Shown here: positions 35,633 through 48,214 of the stretch, one piece after another
How positions within the stretch are numbered: position 1 is the first letter of the stretch
Layout of the letters: each line of letters starts with the position of its first letter
Source of the DNA: Octopus vulgaris
Lineage: Eukaryota
Direction: 5' to 3'
Length of the DNA: 64,000 nt
Assembly: GCA_951406725.2 (NCBI GenBank)
Contig: OX597827.1
Location: 11,718,001 to 11,782,000, forward strand
Notes under the pieces: generated by a model
Seen by the model: only the letters and a program-made list of their open reading frames with translations
What the model was told of the DNA's origin: nothing
The model's database searches: none
Program-made: the position numbers and the translations under genes

Positions 35633-36371
35633 ATGTTTATCACTGCTTCAATATGGCTATTCCATAAGAACTGCCATTATTACTGCTTGTAACTCCAGAA
35701 GGAACCTCCTCTGGCTGGTTATCTATGCAATCTGCACCCTATATACATCACAAGCATACTTCTCAGTATAGTTTCTACTTACTTCTCTTGCTTGCTGCAA
35801 GGTCAGTAACTGGTTCTCACTTATTTTTTTATATAAAAACAATATCTGAGCGAGGTCGTTGCCAAGTGCCGCTGGACTGGCTCCTGTGCAGGTGGCACAT
35901 AATAAAACACCATTTGAGCATAGCCAGAACCACTTGACTGGTGGCACGTAAAAGCACCCATACACTCTCGGAGTGGTTGGCGTTAGGAAGGGCATCCAGC
36001 TGTAGAAACTCTGCCAGATCAGATTGGAGCCTGGTGGAGCCATCTGACTCGCCAGTCCTCAGTCAAACCGTCCAACCCATGCCAGCATGGAAAGCGAGCA
36101 TTAAACGATGTGATGATGTCAGCTGGAGCAGATCACTGCTATCTCTAATGGATGAGTGTCCACCACTGAGGATGAGCACAAATAGCTCAAAATCATAAGG
36201 TCCAGTGGTCCCGTTTTCTGCTTGAAGATGATAAGAGTTTGCTCCCCTGCTTGCAATATGTATCGGGTGCAGATTGCATCATTAACCAGCTGGAGGAAGC
36301 TCCTCCTGGGGTTAAAAATGGTAATAACTTTGGTTCCTACAGAACAGCCATATTGAAGATGAAATAAATAT
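35633..36371. mobile_element. Element with ~120-bp diverged terminal inverted repeats, carrying a nested family C SINE (35850-36118)
   Basis: CTTCAATATGGCT...GCTGGTTA..ATGCAATCTGCACCC...CAAGCA (35647-35757) is mirrored at 36249-36359. Confidence 0.7.
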
Positions 36372-36902
36372 CAGATTGAAATAGGAACTGGAGCTGAGAT
36401 CATCAAGGAAAACTGTTGAAAGAAGTGCCCCAGCATGGCTGCAGTTCAATGACTAACACATGATATTCAATTAAAGGCCTGACACATTGTGGTGTGCACC
36501 TATTATTTTTCTCCTTCTCTAACACATGCTTATTGATAATGTACAATATTATAACTAACTGTTTAATGCGGGGGAAGAGTAAATGCCCCATAACTATATT
36601 TTCAATTTAATGCAGACTGAAAATGATTGATAGCCTAAAACATTGCTCTGTTGCAGTTTATAGTAGCATGACTGAAAGCACATCGCATTAGCAGCAACCA
36701 ACTAACAAAGTTGTGAAAATGTCAGAGAAGATACCTTGTAGTATTGGCTTTAGTTCTCTGTCTTCTGAGTTCAAATTCCACCCAGGGATTCAAATCATAC
36801 TGATGATCACTGGACCGCAATTGATTATGAAACTGATTTTCAAGCCAACACATAGACACACACAAATATATGTATATGTATATCAGGACGCCATGATAGA
36901 TC

Positions 36903-37085
36903 GTTAGCTCCTACACGCATTTTTTTCTCTCCTTGTTTTCTTTCTGGGTATCTTTCTGTCAAAGAGCATAGGCTCGAAACGTAAAAGACTTGTTCTATTT
37001 CTATTCCTGAGCGCCATACTAATACATTTGTTTGTTTGTACTCCACCTGCCTTCGTCTTTTGTTTATTTTCATAAACCTTCCCGT
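36903..37085 (+). mobile_element. Family H1 short element with hammerhead-like motif at 36951-36988
   Basis: tcttt-CTGTCAA-agagcataggctc-GAAAC-GTA-aaaga, followed by CCTGAGCGCCATACTAATAC. Confidence 0.65.
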
Positions 37086-37169
37086 TATATGTATATGTAT
37101 GTATGTGAGCATGTGTATATATGTATATATGTATACATATTGTGGAAATTGTGTTTTGTAAGCGACAGA

Positions 37170-37243
37170 CTACGCTGATGATCTTGCAGATGTCTGTGTG
37201 TTTATATATGTAGATATCAACAAGTGAAACCAATGGTACGTAG
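37170..37243 (+). ncRNA. Type I hammerhead ribozyme, intact core
   Basis: ctacg-CTGATGA-t-cttg..gatgtctg....tagatatc..caag-t-GAAAC-caatg-GTA-cgtag: perfect 5-bp stem I, 44-nt stem II arm, predicted cleavage after 37238. Confidence 0.85.
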
Positions 37244-37439
37244 ATAAGCGTTTTTATTTTGTATGTTTTCATTTGTCTTAATCATTTTTACATTCTGGCG
37301 TTTTGCTGAGATGTTTTTCTTGAGAACACATTCTTCATGGTATTGGTGATTTGACATCTATGTTTAGCATATAGGGTGTCCACTTTATTGGTCATTCCTC
37401 TTAATTTTATATATATATATATGTGTGTGTGTGTTTACT

Positions 37440-37630
37440 GTGTTATATACTGCGTATATATGCGTATACTGTGTTACTATAAAGGGAGTGAATTCTTTTG
37501 TACCATCATATTTTGGGCTGTCTTAAGTAAAGATGGCATATAAGAGTTGATCTCTTCTTTCTCTTTTGCCTAATGATCTGAAATATGTATTTTAAATGCA
37601 TTCAAGATATCGATATTTGGGCTTTTCTGT
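37440..37630 (-). pseudogene. Possible Penelope-like GIY-YIG endonuclease remnant
   Basis: Frameshifted minus-strand peptides NIDILNAFKIHISDH*, KRKKRSTLICHLYLRQPKI*W and HIYAVYNT resemble the YIG..FK.R...H / ST.L..H.W / C..C region. Recognised by eye only. Confidence 0.4.
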
Positions 37631-38484
37631 ATTATTATCATTATTATTATTATTATTATTATTGTATTTGTTCATATTATAATAATAATTGTTCATATAC
37701 TATTATTTTTATTAGAATTATTTTATATATATACTAGTTTAAAAGTCCGCATATACTTTTAAGCTAGTATATATACATATATATAAAGTCTGTGCAGACT
37801 CTTAAGCTAGCTCCTGCTGAGGGATAATTGGGCCTGCAGCCAGAACAAAAGGGAGCTAAATAGCATGACAATAATATGTCTAGAATGACTATATGCCTTG
37901 GTGGTGTTTGATCAGAGCTTAAGGACGGATGAGAATTAATTTTGTAATGCAATGATGCTATTGTTCTAGTCCCAAGTTGAATTATAATTGTTGGCCAATT
38001 CATCCCAATGTTCTTATCACAACGTAAAATTAATGAAGCGAATATCATTTATCTGCCCCTTGATCGCTGATGTCATCTGAGAAATGCCAACCAAGATGGC
38101 GTGAATCAGCTAAGCCTTACCTGCGAGATATAGCAGCCCAAATGCTTTTTAATCAGATCCCAATGCTGGATGTTCCAGAACCAAACGAATGACATATTCT
38201 CAATTCCATGATCATCCTGATTCCAGAAAGGATAATATTTCTATATAGAGCAAAAGTAGACTGAGAGATAAAGGGGTCCCACGGGGACAGACAGAATTTC
38301 ACATTTACTATAATTACACACATACACATACATATATGTGTGTGTATAGATATATACATACATATATATATATATATATCTTTTATATTATATCTTTTAC
38401 TTGTTTCAGTCATTAGACTGTGGCTATGCTGGGGCACAGCCTTTAAGAATTTTAGAATATATATATATATATATATGTATGTAA

Positions 38485-38895
38485 GAGTGGCTATGTGGTA
38501 AGTAGCTTGCTTACAAACAACATGGTTTCAGGTTCAGTACCACTGCATGGCACCTTGGGCAAGTGTCTTCTACTATAGCCTTAGGCTGACCAAAACCTTG
38601 TGAGTGGATTTGATAGACAGAAACTGAAAGAAGCCCATTGTATATATGTATATATATAAATGTATGTATGTAAGTGAATGTGTATATGTTTGTGTATCTG
38701 TGTTTGTCCTCCCAACATCGCTTGACAACCAATGCTGGTGTGTTTAGGTCCCCATAACTTAGTGGTTCAGCAAAAGAGACTGATGGTATAAGTACTATGC
38801 TTACAAAGAATAAGTCTTGGGGTTGATTTGCTCGACTAAAGACGGTGCTCCAGCAGGGCCACAGTCAAATGACTGAAACAAGTAAGAGAGAAAGA
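38485..38895 (+). mobile_element. SINE family A
   Basis: Consensus head, microsatellite and tail. Confidence 0.88.
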
Positions 38896-38924
38896 GAAAA
38901 ATAAAAATATATATATATATATAG

Positions 38925-39097
38925 TTTAAATTTACAGAAAAACAAAAGACGCAGACAGGTGTATAAACAACAAGCAGGTGTAATAGTTTAACACTTGGAA
39001 AGGTGAGAAAGTCTTTTATGTGTTCGAGCCTATGCTCTTCAACTGAAAGGAGCATGAGGGAATAAACAGAGAGAATGAAAAAAACATTAGGGGCTAG
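38925..39097 (-). mobile_element. Family H1 short element (degenerate hammerhead motif at 39012-39049)
   Basis: Reverse complement of 36903-37085 / 41155-41330, flanked by (TA)n. Confidence 0.6.
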
Positions 39098-39108
39098 CGA
39101 TATATATA

Positions 39109-39158
<50 letters not shown>

Positions 39159-40078
39159 AGCTTAGAGAAGAAGAAGAAATGAAACGAAACCAAACGAATC
39201 GAATCGAATCGACGCGAGAGCGCTCAGTCATACAATAGTGTAATAAATAAAATATATGCATACATACAAACATATGTACGTACCTACATCTACATGTATA
39301 TATACATGCATATATAAATATATATACGTATGTACAGGACACCACAAATAGACGTAGAACACAACGAGAAACGAAAACGTAAAAACAGCATGGAACGGAC
39401 CATTCCTTTAACAACAAAAAAACAGAGTACAAGACAACTACACAAGGAAAGATCCCCTTCATCAGCCGTCCCTAGTTCAACTCCAGCGTGTTTCGAAGGT
39501 GAGTAGATGGGAAAGAGAGAACGACAGACAAATAGAGGTAAATAGATATTTGCACTTCCTGATACACACACAAAAAAGAGGAACTCTGCAAATAATATGT
39601 TAAATGCATTTGATTATGAAAGGAAGACTGTGGCCGTCTACAGCAACCAGTTGAAAGATGATGAATGAAATGCCTCATTGTGGTGGATCTTGTGTCTGAT
39701 AGATTTCATGTAGAATGGCCAGCTGTGCTTTACCCACCCTATCCGGATTGCCAGCAGGATCTTGATTTAATGGTTAGAGATTATTATCCATAATGATTGG
39801 AGTGACAATTAACCTGATGTCCATTACTGGAATTGTGATGCTGACAAATCAAGTCCAGTAGTGTTTTTTTTTTTTTTTTTATTAAACCTGGTATTTATTC
39901 TATTAGTCTCTTTTACTAAACTGTTAAGTTAGAGACATGTAAAAGAATTGACTCTGGTTGTTAAGAGGAGGTGTGGGGGAACAAACATGACAGGCACTAC
40001 AGATTGAAGCACAATTATTTATACTCATTTACAAAATAATACCATACATACATGCTTATATATGTTCTGTATATATAT

Positions 40079-40203
<125 letters not shown>

Positions 40204-40347
40204 AAGCAATTAAGATTCAAGTAACTTCCAATGAATTTACTTGAATGTGGTACTTAACTTAGATGCACCAGAAAAACTATATGGTGTTATCCATACAGTA
40301 ATGTGGGGTGATTATAAACGAGAAAGAAGCAACAAGAATGGATTAGT

Positions 40348-40439
40348 TTTTAGTACAATTGTTTCATACAAAGACAGGCTTTATTACAAGTTGCAAAAAA
40401 TTGCAGCAGATAAAAATGTCCCGTACTCATCAGCTAAAA
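40348..40439 (-). ncRNA. Type I hammerhead ribozyme, intact core
   Basis: Minus strand reads ttttag-CTGATGA-gtacgggaca...tgtctttgtat-GAAAC-aatt-GTA-ctaaaa: perfect 6-bp stem I, 61-nt stem II arm. It lies in a TA-flanked element (40201-40537) with an inverted stub at 40318-40340 / 40514-40537. Confidence 0.85.
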
Positions 40440-40560
40440 TACATTTGAGCTCTCTAGACATCTTAGTGGGTGAGGTTATACTCATGAAATATTGGTGATA
40501 GTTCCATTAGAGGCATTCTTGTTTGCTTCTTTCTCGTATATATATATATATGTATATATA

Positions 40561-40696
40561 ACGGGAAGCTTTATGAAAATAGACAAAAGACGAAGGCAGG
40601 TGGGAAACAAACAAACAATTGTATTAGTATGGCGCTCAGGAAATATAAATAAAACAAGTCTTTAACGTTTCGAGCCTACGCTCTTCAACAGAAAGA
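40561..40696 (-). mobile_element. Family H1 short element with hammerhead-like motif at 40659-40696
   Basis: Minus strand reads tcttt-CTGTTGA-agagcgtaggctc-GAAAC-GTT-aaaga. Confidence 0.68.
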
Positions 40697-40767
40697 TATA
40701 TATATGTATATATATATATGTATATATATATATGTATATGTATATATATGTATGTGTATATATATAT

Positions 40768-41090
40768 AAGCAGATGCTCTATGGAGAACTTGTGAATGGA
40801 AGGAGACTCCGGCAGAAACCAAGGCTGCGATTTAAGGACTGTGTCAAGTCCTCATTAAAGGCCTGTGATATGCAGGACACTAACTGAGAGAACAATGCCT
40901 GTCATCGCCACAGATGGAGGAAGCAGGTTAAGGAGGGGATCAACACTTTTGAGAGAGCACATATCCAGCATGAAGAACTTAAGTGAGCTGCGCGAAAGCG
41001 CACGGCTTGTATAGTGAATGGGGAAAGCTTGGTCTGCAATGTTCCTGAAGGTCGGGAATGGTCTTCCTCGGTCACAAGTGGACGGCCATC
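40768..41090 (+). mobile_element. RTE LINE 3' coding remnant
   Basis: KQMLYGELVNGRRLRQKPRLRFKDCVKSSLKACDM..HRWRKQVKEGINTFE. Confidence 0.85.
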
Positions 41091-41122
<32 letters not shown>

Positions 41123-41154
41123 GTATATATATGTATGTATATATATATATGTAT

Positions 41155-41328
41155 CGTTAGCCACTACACACATTTTTTTTCTCTCCTTGCTTTTTCTGTG
41201 TCCCTTTCTGTAGAAGAGCGTAGGCTCGAAACGTAAAAGACTTTTTCTGTTCCTGAGCGTTATACTAATACATCTGTTTGTTTTGTACACCACCCGTCTT
41301 TATCTTTTGTTTTTTTTGTAAACTCTCC

Positions 41329-41330
<2 letters not shown>
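41155..41330 (+). mobile_element. Family H1 short element with hammerhead-like motif at 41204-41239
   Basis: cttt-CTGTAGA-agagcgtaggctc-GAAAC-GTA-aaag. Confidence 0.68.
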
Positions 41331-41373
<43 letters not shown>

Positions 41374-41427
41374 AATGTATGTATATACAGCTGTAAATTG
41401 TAAAACATAACTGTCACCACAACTACA

Positions 41428-41472
41428 TGAACCTGAAGATTGCATAGTTTAAAGCATGTAAGTACTAGTTCA
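41428..41472 (+). ncRNA. Type I hammerhead motif with one core substitution
   Basis: tgaac-CTGAAGA-t-tgc-10 nt-gca-t-GTAA-gtac-TA-gttca: perfect 5-bp stem I, palindromic AGTACT stem III, GAAA changed to GTAA. Confidence 0.7.
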
Positions 41473-41617
41473 ATCAGAATGGATATTTAATATTCTATCA
41501 TTTTATTATATTATATCATCCTATGTTATATTATTATGAGATTCTAAATATAACATGAAAAGCAAAGTTGGAATTTCTTTGGATAATATATTCTTCTATA
41601 CACAATCAAACACACCC

Positions 41618-41660
<43 letters not shown>

Positions 41661-43081
41661 TTTAGATATAGATATATAGATATAGATATATCTATATACA
41701 TACATACATATATATATATAAACATACACACACATGTGTGTACATATACACACACATACATACACACACATGCACACACACACCCACGTGCACGTATGTG
41801 ATGAACTTCTTAAAATTTCTGTCAACCAAATCCACTTTCAAGGCTTTGTAGAAAACACCTGTTCAAGGTGTTGCACAGTGGGAAGGAATTGGAAACCAAG
41901 TGGTGGGTAAGCAGGCTTTTCACTATGCATCCATCCTTGCAACTATAACTGAAACGAGAATCAATTGGAATGGTCTCACTGGTAGCGTTCCTTATTAAGT
42001 TAGCCCCCCAAAAGATCTCATTGTTTGCATGTAAGTCACACAACATATATTAAATGATTGCAGTTAAATACACAGTGAGTGGGAGTTCTCCTGCTCAGTG
42101 TAGCAGTCAGACACAGTATTAAATCATAATATCTGTATTAAAGTTTATTGTATCAAGGTTGGTAGCACTACCAAAGTATTGTTCAATAATATGTAAACTT
42201 ATTGAAATACATGATACTTGTCAGAACTGGTAAACAAATTTTCCCCGTGAAAAATTATTTCCAGATATATGTGAAAATTGAAATAAATCTTTTAGTTATT
42301 TATTTATTCTTGTTTTATTTTTATTTTTATTTTTATTTTATTTTATTTTATTTTATTTTATTTATTTTTTCTGTGAGATAAACACATAGTTGCTATCAAA
42401 GTTTAAGCAATTTGTGATTGAAACAAAATTTATGATTGGTTTGGGATAACTTTCCTCATAAACAACATATCGAGCTGCTTGTAATTGAAACATGAAAAAT
42501 GTATTTTTTTTAATAGCTTTTTCACCAAAATTTGTTTTTATTCTTTCATTGCCCTTTACAATACGAATGACAACATACCTGTATCTCATTATATCATTTG
42601 AGCCTATGTGCACACACGCATACATTCATAGGCACACACACACATACACATACATATATATATTTCTATATGTACATATTATAAATAACACATAGTTATA
42701 TGTATGTGTATGTATGAAGTATATGTATGATATCCATTGTCCAATTGATATTGGATGTTATGTGATTCTATAAAACTTTGTTATCTTTATCACCTTCCAA
42801 TTTGGAATAATATTCTCTGCCGGTTTTGTTTTTCAGTATAAAAACATTTTGAAAGTTTGAATTTTATTATCTGAAGGTTTTTGCTTTCAATATATGTACA
42901 CACACACACACATGTGTGTGTGTATGTGAGTGTGTGTGTGTGTGTGTGCATATGTGTTATGTGGATGTATATAAATTAAACAAGATGTAACCAAGATATA
43001 TATATGTGTGTGTGTGTGTGTGTATGCGTATGGGTGTGTATTTGTGTGCATGATTGAGTGTACAAATATAAATATAATTAT

Positions 43082-43124
<43 letters not shown>

Positions 43125-43241
43125 TATACATATATATACATATATATATATATATTTATATATACATATATCATATAACCCCACCATTTACTGACTTATA
43201 TATATATATATGTATATGTCTGTATATATATATATACATGC

Positions 43242-43272
<31 letters not shown>

Positions 43273-43425
43273 ATATATATATCATCATATATATATATGT
43301 AACTATACATATATAAAGATATATGTATGTGTGTGCGTGTATGTGTGCATGTGTGTAGATGTAGATAAATAGGTGGATAGGTAGATATACATAAATATAT
43401 ATGTATATGAATATTTATCTATTGG

Positions 43426-43460
<35 letters not shown>

Positions 43461-43552
43461 ATATGTGTATGTGTGTAGAAACCTACACACATATATACAT
43501 ATTTCATGTACTTAATTTTTTCCCCTTCACTTAAAAAATATGATTTTTTTTT

Positions 43553-43584
<32 letters not shown>

Positions 43585-44574
43585 ATCTGTCGAAACTAAC
43601 TAGAAGTTAACTGTATACTTATATTGTTACCTAGTAATGTTTACTCAGTTAAATTCTGTTTGATGTTTTCATGAGAAACAACAAAACAGGTTTAAGAAGA
43701 TTTTACTTTGCATTACAATATTAAGTTTAGGTGTCTGGCAATTCTGAATTCATATACTATCACAGAATATTTTGATACACTGACTATTAGTGAAAAGGGT
43801 GAGTGATTTCTTACGTATTTCATTAATATTTTTTTTTTTTAATTCTTTTGTTGGTCTCAGTTACTAGATTGTAACTGTACTGGGATGCCAACATCAAGGA
43901 TTTTAGACAAATTATATTCAGCCTAGAGTGTTTGCTTTTAGATACTTATTTTGTCAATCATTGCTGAAGTGAGTAGCTAAGTCACCCTTTTGAGTCAACT
44001 ACTATATTTTACCAACTAATGGTGCTGTGTTAAAATAACACACACACAGACACATATACACAATCATACACACATATATTCATAAATAGCTAGATAGATG
44101 GATACATACAGACGTTCATACAATTATACATACATATATGTACATACATTCATATTTACATACATACATAAGTACATACATATATATATGCATATATATA
44201 CATAAATATATATATATATATATATGTAAAAGTAAAAAAACATACAAACTGGAACAAGAACGTGAAACATTTAGAAGACGACATAAAAAACACGGACGGG
44301 ACATTCGAAGCCCTCAATCATCAGTCAAAAACCGGATCATCTTTGCAATTTCGGCTGATTAATCTTGAGATTGCTCCGATCTGGGCAGCCCCCAAGAGAA
44401 ATCTAAGCCAAGCACATTAGATTCCTTGGAAGAAAGCCTCGAATGTATACAACACAGGGACGGAAAACGGACGATGTTACACGAATAAAAATACAAAAAT
44501 ACGTAAAAACTATAATGATAGCACGAATAAGAATACAAAATACGTAAAAACAATAATGGTAAGGATATATATAC

Positions 44575-44613
<39 letters not shown>

Positions 44614-44751
44614 GTAGCTGATTTCTTACATAGGAGCAAATTCATTGCTGAGAAGAATCACTGAAATGAGTCATTGATGATGCAACGTGAGGTCTTTGAA
44701 TGACTCTTGAGCCTGGTGAAAGATTTGCACATTCTATTGCATAATGCACAG

Positions 44752-44789
<38 letters not shown>

Positions 44790-44826
44790 CTATTATATAT
44801 ATGTATCTATCATATATATATGTATG

Positions 44827-44861
<35 letters not shown>

Positions 44862-44878
44862 ATATATATATATATATA

Positions 44879-46164
44879 TTAGGTGGTCATGAATGTTCTT
44901 TTGGAATTTTTAATTTTGTTTTTTTTTTAATTTTAGTATTTTTAAATTCATTTTCATTAAATTACTTTGACTTTATATATCATTTCAAAGCCCGAATTTC
45001 TCTCTATCTAATCGTGTTACTCTTTTTTTTTTTTTTGAATAATTTGGTCATTTTTTGCAGAACGTTGAATACAACATGGACAAAAAGCAAATTCACACAA
45101 TTTTCTTATTCAAGTTCAAGCTAGGCCACAGAGCTGCTGAAATAGCTCGCAATATCAAGGATGGGTTTGTCCCAGGAACCACTAATGAATGTACTGCACA
45201 ATTGTGGTTCAAGAAATCTTGTAATGGTGACGAGAGTCTTGAAGATGATATGCATAGTGGTCGACCATCGGATGTTGACAACAATCAACTAAGAGCCTTA
45301 GTGGAAGCCAATCCATGCACTGCTGCTCGAGAGCTTGCTTCTGAATTAGACATAATATATACGACAATTTCCAACCACTTGAAAGAGATAGGAAAAACAA
45401 AAATACTTGAGAAATGGGTGCCACACAAATTGAACGATAACCAAAAAAAAGGCCATTTTGAAGTGACATCTTCCCTTCTTTTACGCAACAAGAATGACCC
45501 GTTTCTTGACCGGAATGTGACTTGCGATGAAAAGTGGATTCTTTACAACAACTGGCGATGCTCAGCTCAGTGGTTGGACGCCAACTAAGCCCCACAGCAC
45601 TCCCCGAAGCAAAAGCTGCACCAAAAGAAGATAATGGTCACTGTTTGGCAGTCTGCAGCTGGTCTCATCCATCACAGCTTTTTGGATCCAGGCAAAACCA
45701 TTATGGTAGAGAAGTACTGCTGGCAAATGCATAAGAAATTCCGACAACAGCAGCCAGCATTGGTCAATAGAAAAGGGCCAATTCTTCTCCATGCCAATGC
45801 TCGGCCACACGTCACACAACTGATCCTGCAGAAGTTAAATGAATTGGGCTACGAAACTCTGCCTCATCTGCCATACTCACCAGACTTCTTGCCTACTGAC
45901 TATCACTTTTTCAAGTATCTTGGCAACTTCTTGCATGAGAAATGCTTCAAAAACCAAGACAATGCCAAACACGCCTTCAACAACTTCATTGCCACCAGAA
46001 TGTAAGATTTTTACACTACTGGCATAAATAAACTTGTTTCACATTGGCAAAAGTGTGTTGATTCTGAAGGTGTTTATTTCGATAAATAGAGTTTTGTTTT
46101 GAGCCGAGACATGTGCATCTGAATTTAAAGGTTAAAAACTGCAAAAACTTCCTTGACAACCTAA
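44879..46164 (+). mobile_element. Full-length mariner transposon (1286 bp) inserted in (TA)n
   Basis: Imperfect TIRs TTAGGTGGTCATGAATGTT.. and ..AACTTCCTTGACAACCTAA, TA flanks, internal transposase. Confidence 0.92.
45076..46089 (+). pseudogene. Mariner DD34D transposase pseudogene
   Basis: MDKKQIHTIFLFKFKLG, WVPHKL, TCDEKW, HANARPH (second catalytic D changed to A), YSPDFLPTDYHFF; in-frame stops at 45586-45588 and 46003-46005; a single frame throughout. Confidence 0.92.
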
Positions 46165-46394
46165 TATATATATATATATAATGAATAGTAATAATGTGTC
46201 TTGAATGGCACAGCAATGCACTTTTCTGTGCCATTCAAAACACATTATTACTTAAATCCTTAAATCCTTAAAAATGTTTTAGCCCGAAGGCCGCGGTCAT
46301 GCTGGGGCACCACCGCTGAAATATACTATGTATTATTATTGTTTACAAACAAAACACAATGCTTCAAGCGAACTACAATGCTCTCATATATATG

Positions 46395-46450
<56 letters not shown>

Positions 46451-46680
46451 CAGTGTTGGCCAAAAGTCACCCAACAGTAAATCAAAATTCCAAAATTCTA
46501 CAAAAACTATCTGTGATTCTGTAATGGCTCAAATGGGAAAATGAGTTGCTTCAGTTTGATCAATTTTCATGTTGTTTCGTATTTAGATGCTTTTATTAAA
46601 TTCATTCAGTTGTGAAACATAAATAAATCCTGGAATTAAATGGTTTTGATTTACTGTCAGGTGACTTTTGGTCTACCCTA
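46451..46680. mobile_element. Tc1/mariner-type MITE
   Basis: TA|CAGTGTTGGCCAAAAGTCACCCAACAGTAAATCAAAA is mirrored by TTTTGATTTACTGTCAGGTGACTTTTGGTCTACCCTA. Confidence 0.8.
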
Positions 46681-46684
46681 TGTA

Positions 46685-46739
<55 letters not shown>

Positions 46740-47309
46740 TTATATATATACACTTTCACCACAACTTTCTCTCACTCTTTCTCCTGTTGGCCTGCTCGCT
46801 TAGCCAGTGGGGTGGCGTCATTTGAAGGCTAAAACAATGCGAACGCATTGTGACCAGTGATGTGTAGCAACATCTGATGGTCTGGTCGGTCACGTGATAT
46901 ATATACATATATAGATAGATGGACAGACAGACGAACAGACAGGTAGATAGACATGTGATTAGTAAGTGTGTGTGTGTGTCATAGGCTTCTTCACACTCTC
47001 ACCCTGCTAAATTAATTTCATGAACACTTGTTAGTGTAATATTTCTAATTATATATATATCGCTAAATGAACACAGGAAAAAAAAAAACCATAATACAAG
47101 CAATTCTTTTCTGCACTGTACATATACTGTGTCATGTATAATTCATTAATGTTTCATATTCATCTTGAAATGTGTTTACTAGATATGAAGTGCTGTGATG
47201 TACTAACATGAAACCTGTAACTCCCAAGGAAGCAAGTCTATCAGAATATTGCAAAATATTGGCTGCTGCCAAACAAAACTGAATAGGGCTGCCCAACATT
47301 CTACAAAGG

Positions 47310-47382
<73 letters not shown>

Positions 47383-47385
<3 letters not shown>

Positions 47386-47511
47386 CTTTATTTAAAGCTG
47401 CAGAAAATTCAACAAAACCTGTTACTCTGAGTTTTCCGTTGCCGTTCATTGGACAGTTTTTGCTATGAATATGAATATATGTGTGTGTGTGTGTGTTTGT
47501 ATGTGTCTGTG

Positions 47512-47548
<37 letters not shown>

Positions 47549-47575
47549 ATGTATATATGTATATATATGTATATA

Positions 47576-47619
<44 letters not shown>

Positions 47620-47996
47620 GTGGAGGCGCAATGGCCCAGTGGTTAGGGCAGCGGACTCGCGGTCGTAGGATCGCGGTTTCGATTCCCAGACCGGGCGTTG
47701 TGAGCGAAAACACCTAAAGCTCCACGCGGCTCCGGCAGGGGGTGGTGGTGATCCCTGCTGTACTCTTTCACCACAACTTTCTCTCACTCTTACTTCCTGT
47801 TACTGTTGTACCTGTATTTCAAAGGGCCAGCCTTGTCACTCTCTGTGTCACGCTGAATATCCCCGAGAACTACGTTAAGGGTACACGCGTCTGTGGAGTG
47901 CTCAGCCACTTACACGTTAATTTCACGAGCAGGCTGTTCCATTGATTCAGATCAACCGGAACCCTCGTCGTCGTAACCGACGGAGTGCTTCCATCC

Positions 47997-48027
<31 letters not shown>

Positions 48028-48175
48028 AAACTGTCCGATGAACGGCAACGGGAAACTGAGTAACAGGTTTTGTTGAATTTTCTGCTGCTTTAAATAAAGC
48101 ATATTACTCTACTACTGGTATTTGAGTACTCTTTTTTCCACCTTGTTTCACATTTATGTGTTTACACCGGTGTAT
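47383..48175. mobile_element. Second copy of the 35136-35365 palindromic hammerhead element, with arms split by microsatellites and a family D SINE
   Basis: Left arm 47383-47465 (motif at 47419-47456, minus, CCAATGA); right arm 48026-48175 (motif at 48031-48066, plus, CCGATGA..GAAAC-tga-GTA). Confidence 0.8.
47619..47997 (+). mobile_element. SINE family D, full length
   Basis: Near-identical to the reverse complement of 62623-63006. Confidence 0.9.
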
Positions 48176-48214
48176 ATTTATATATATATATATATATATA
48201 CATACATATATATA

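Noticed and set aside
36796-36845. CTGATGA...GAAAC as another hammerhead (also CTGATGA at ~27283)
   Set aside because: No complementary stem I and no self-complementary stem III; consistent with chance.
46204-46228. AATGGCAC resembling the miR-183/263 seed
   Set aside because: A mature product starting there would span the hairpin loop, and the rest of the sequence does not match.
47619-47700. tRNA-like sequences at SINE heads (also 1911, 29245, 31440, 31785, 62930)
   Set aside because: No complete acceptor stem; most continue into a repeat body, so they are SINE heads and not tRNA genes.
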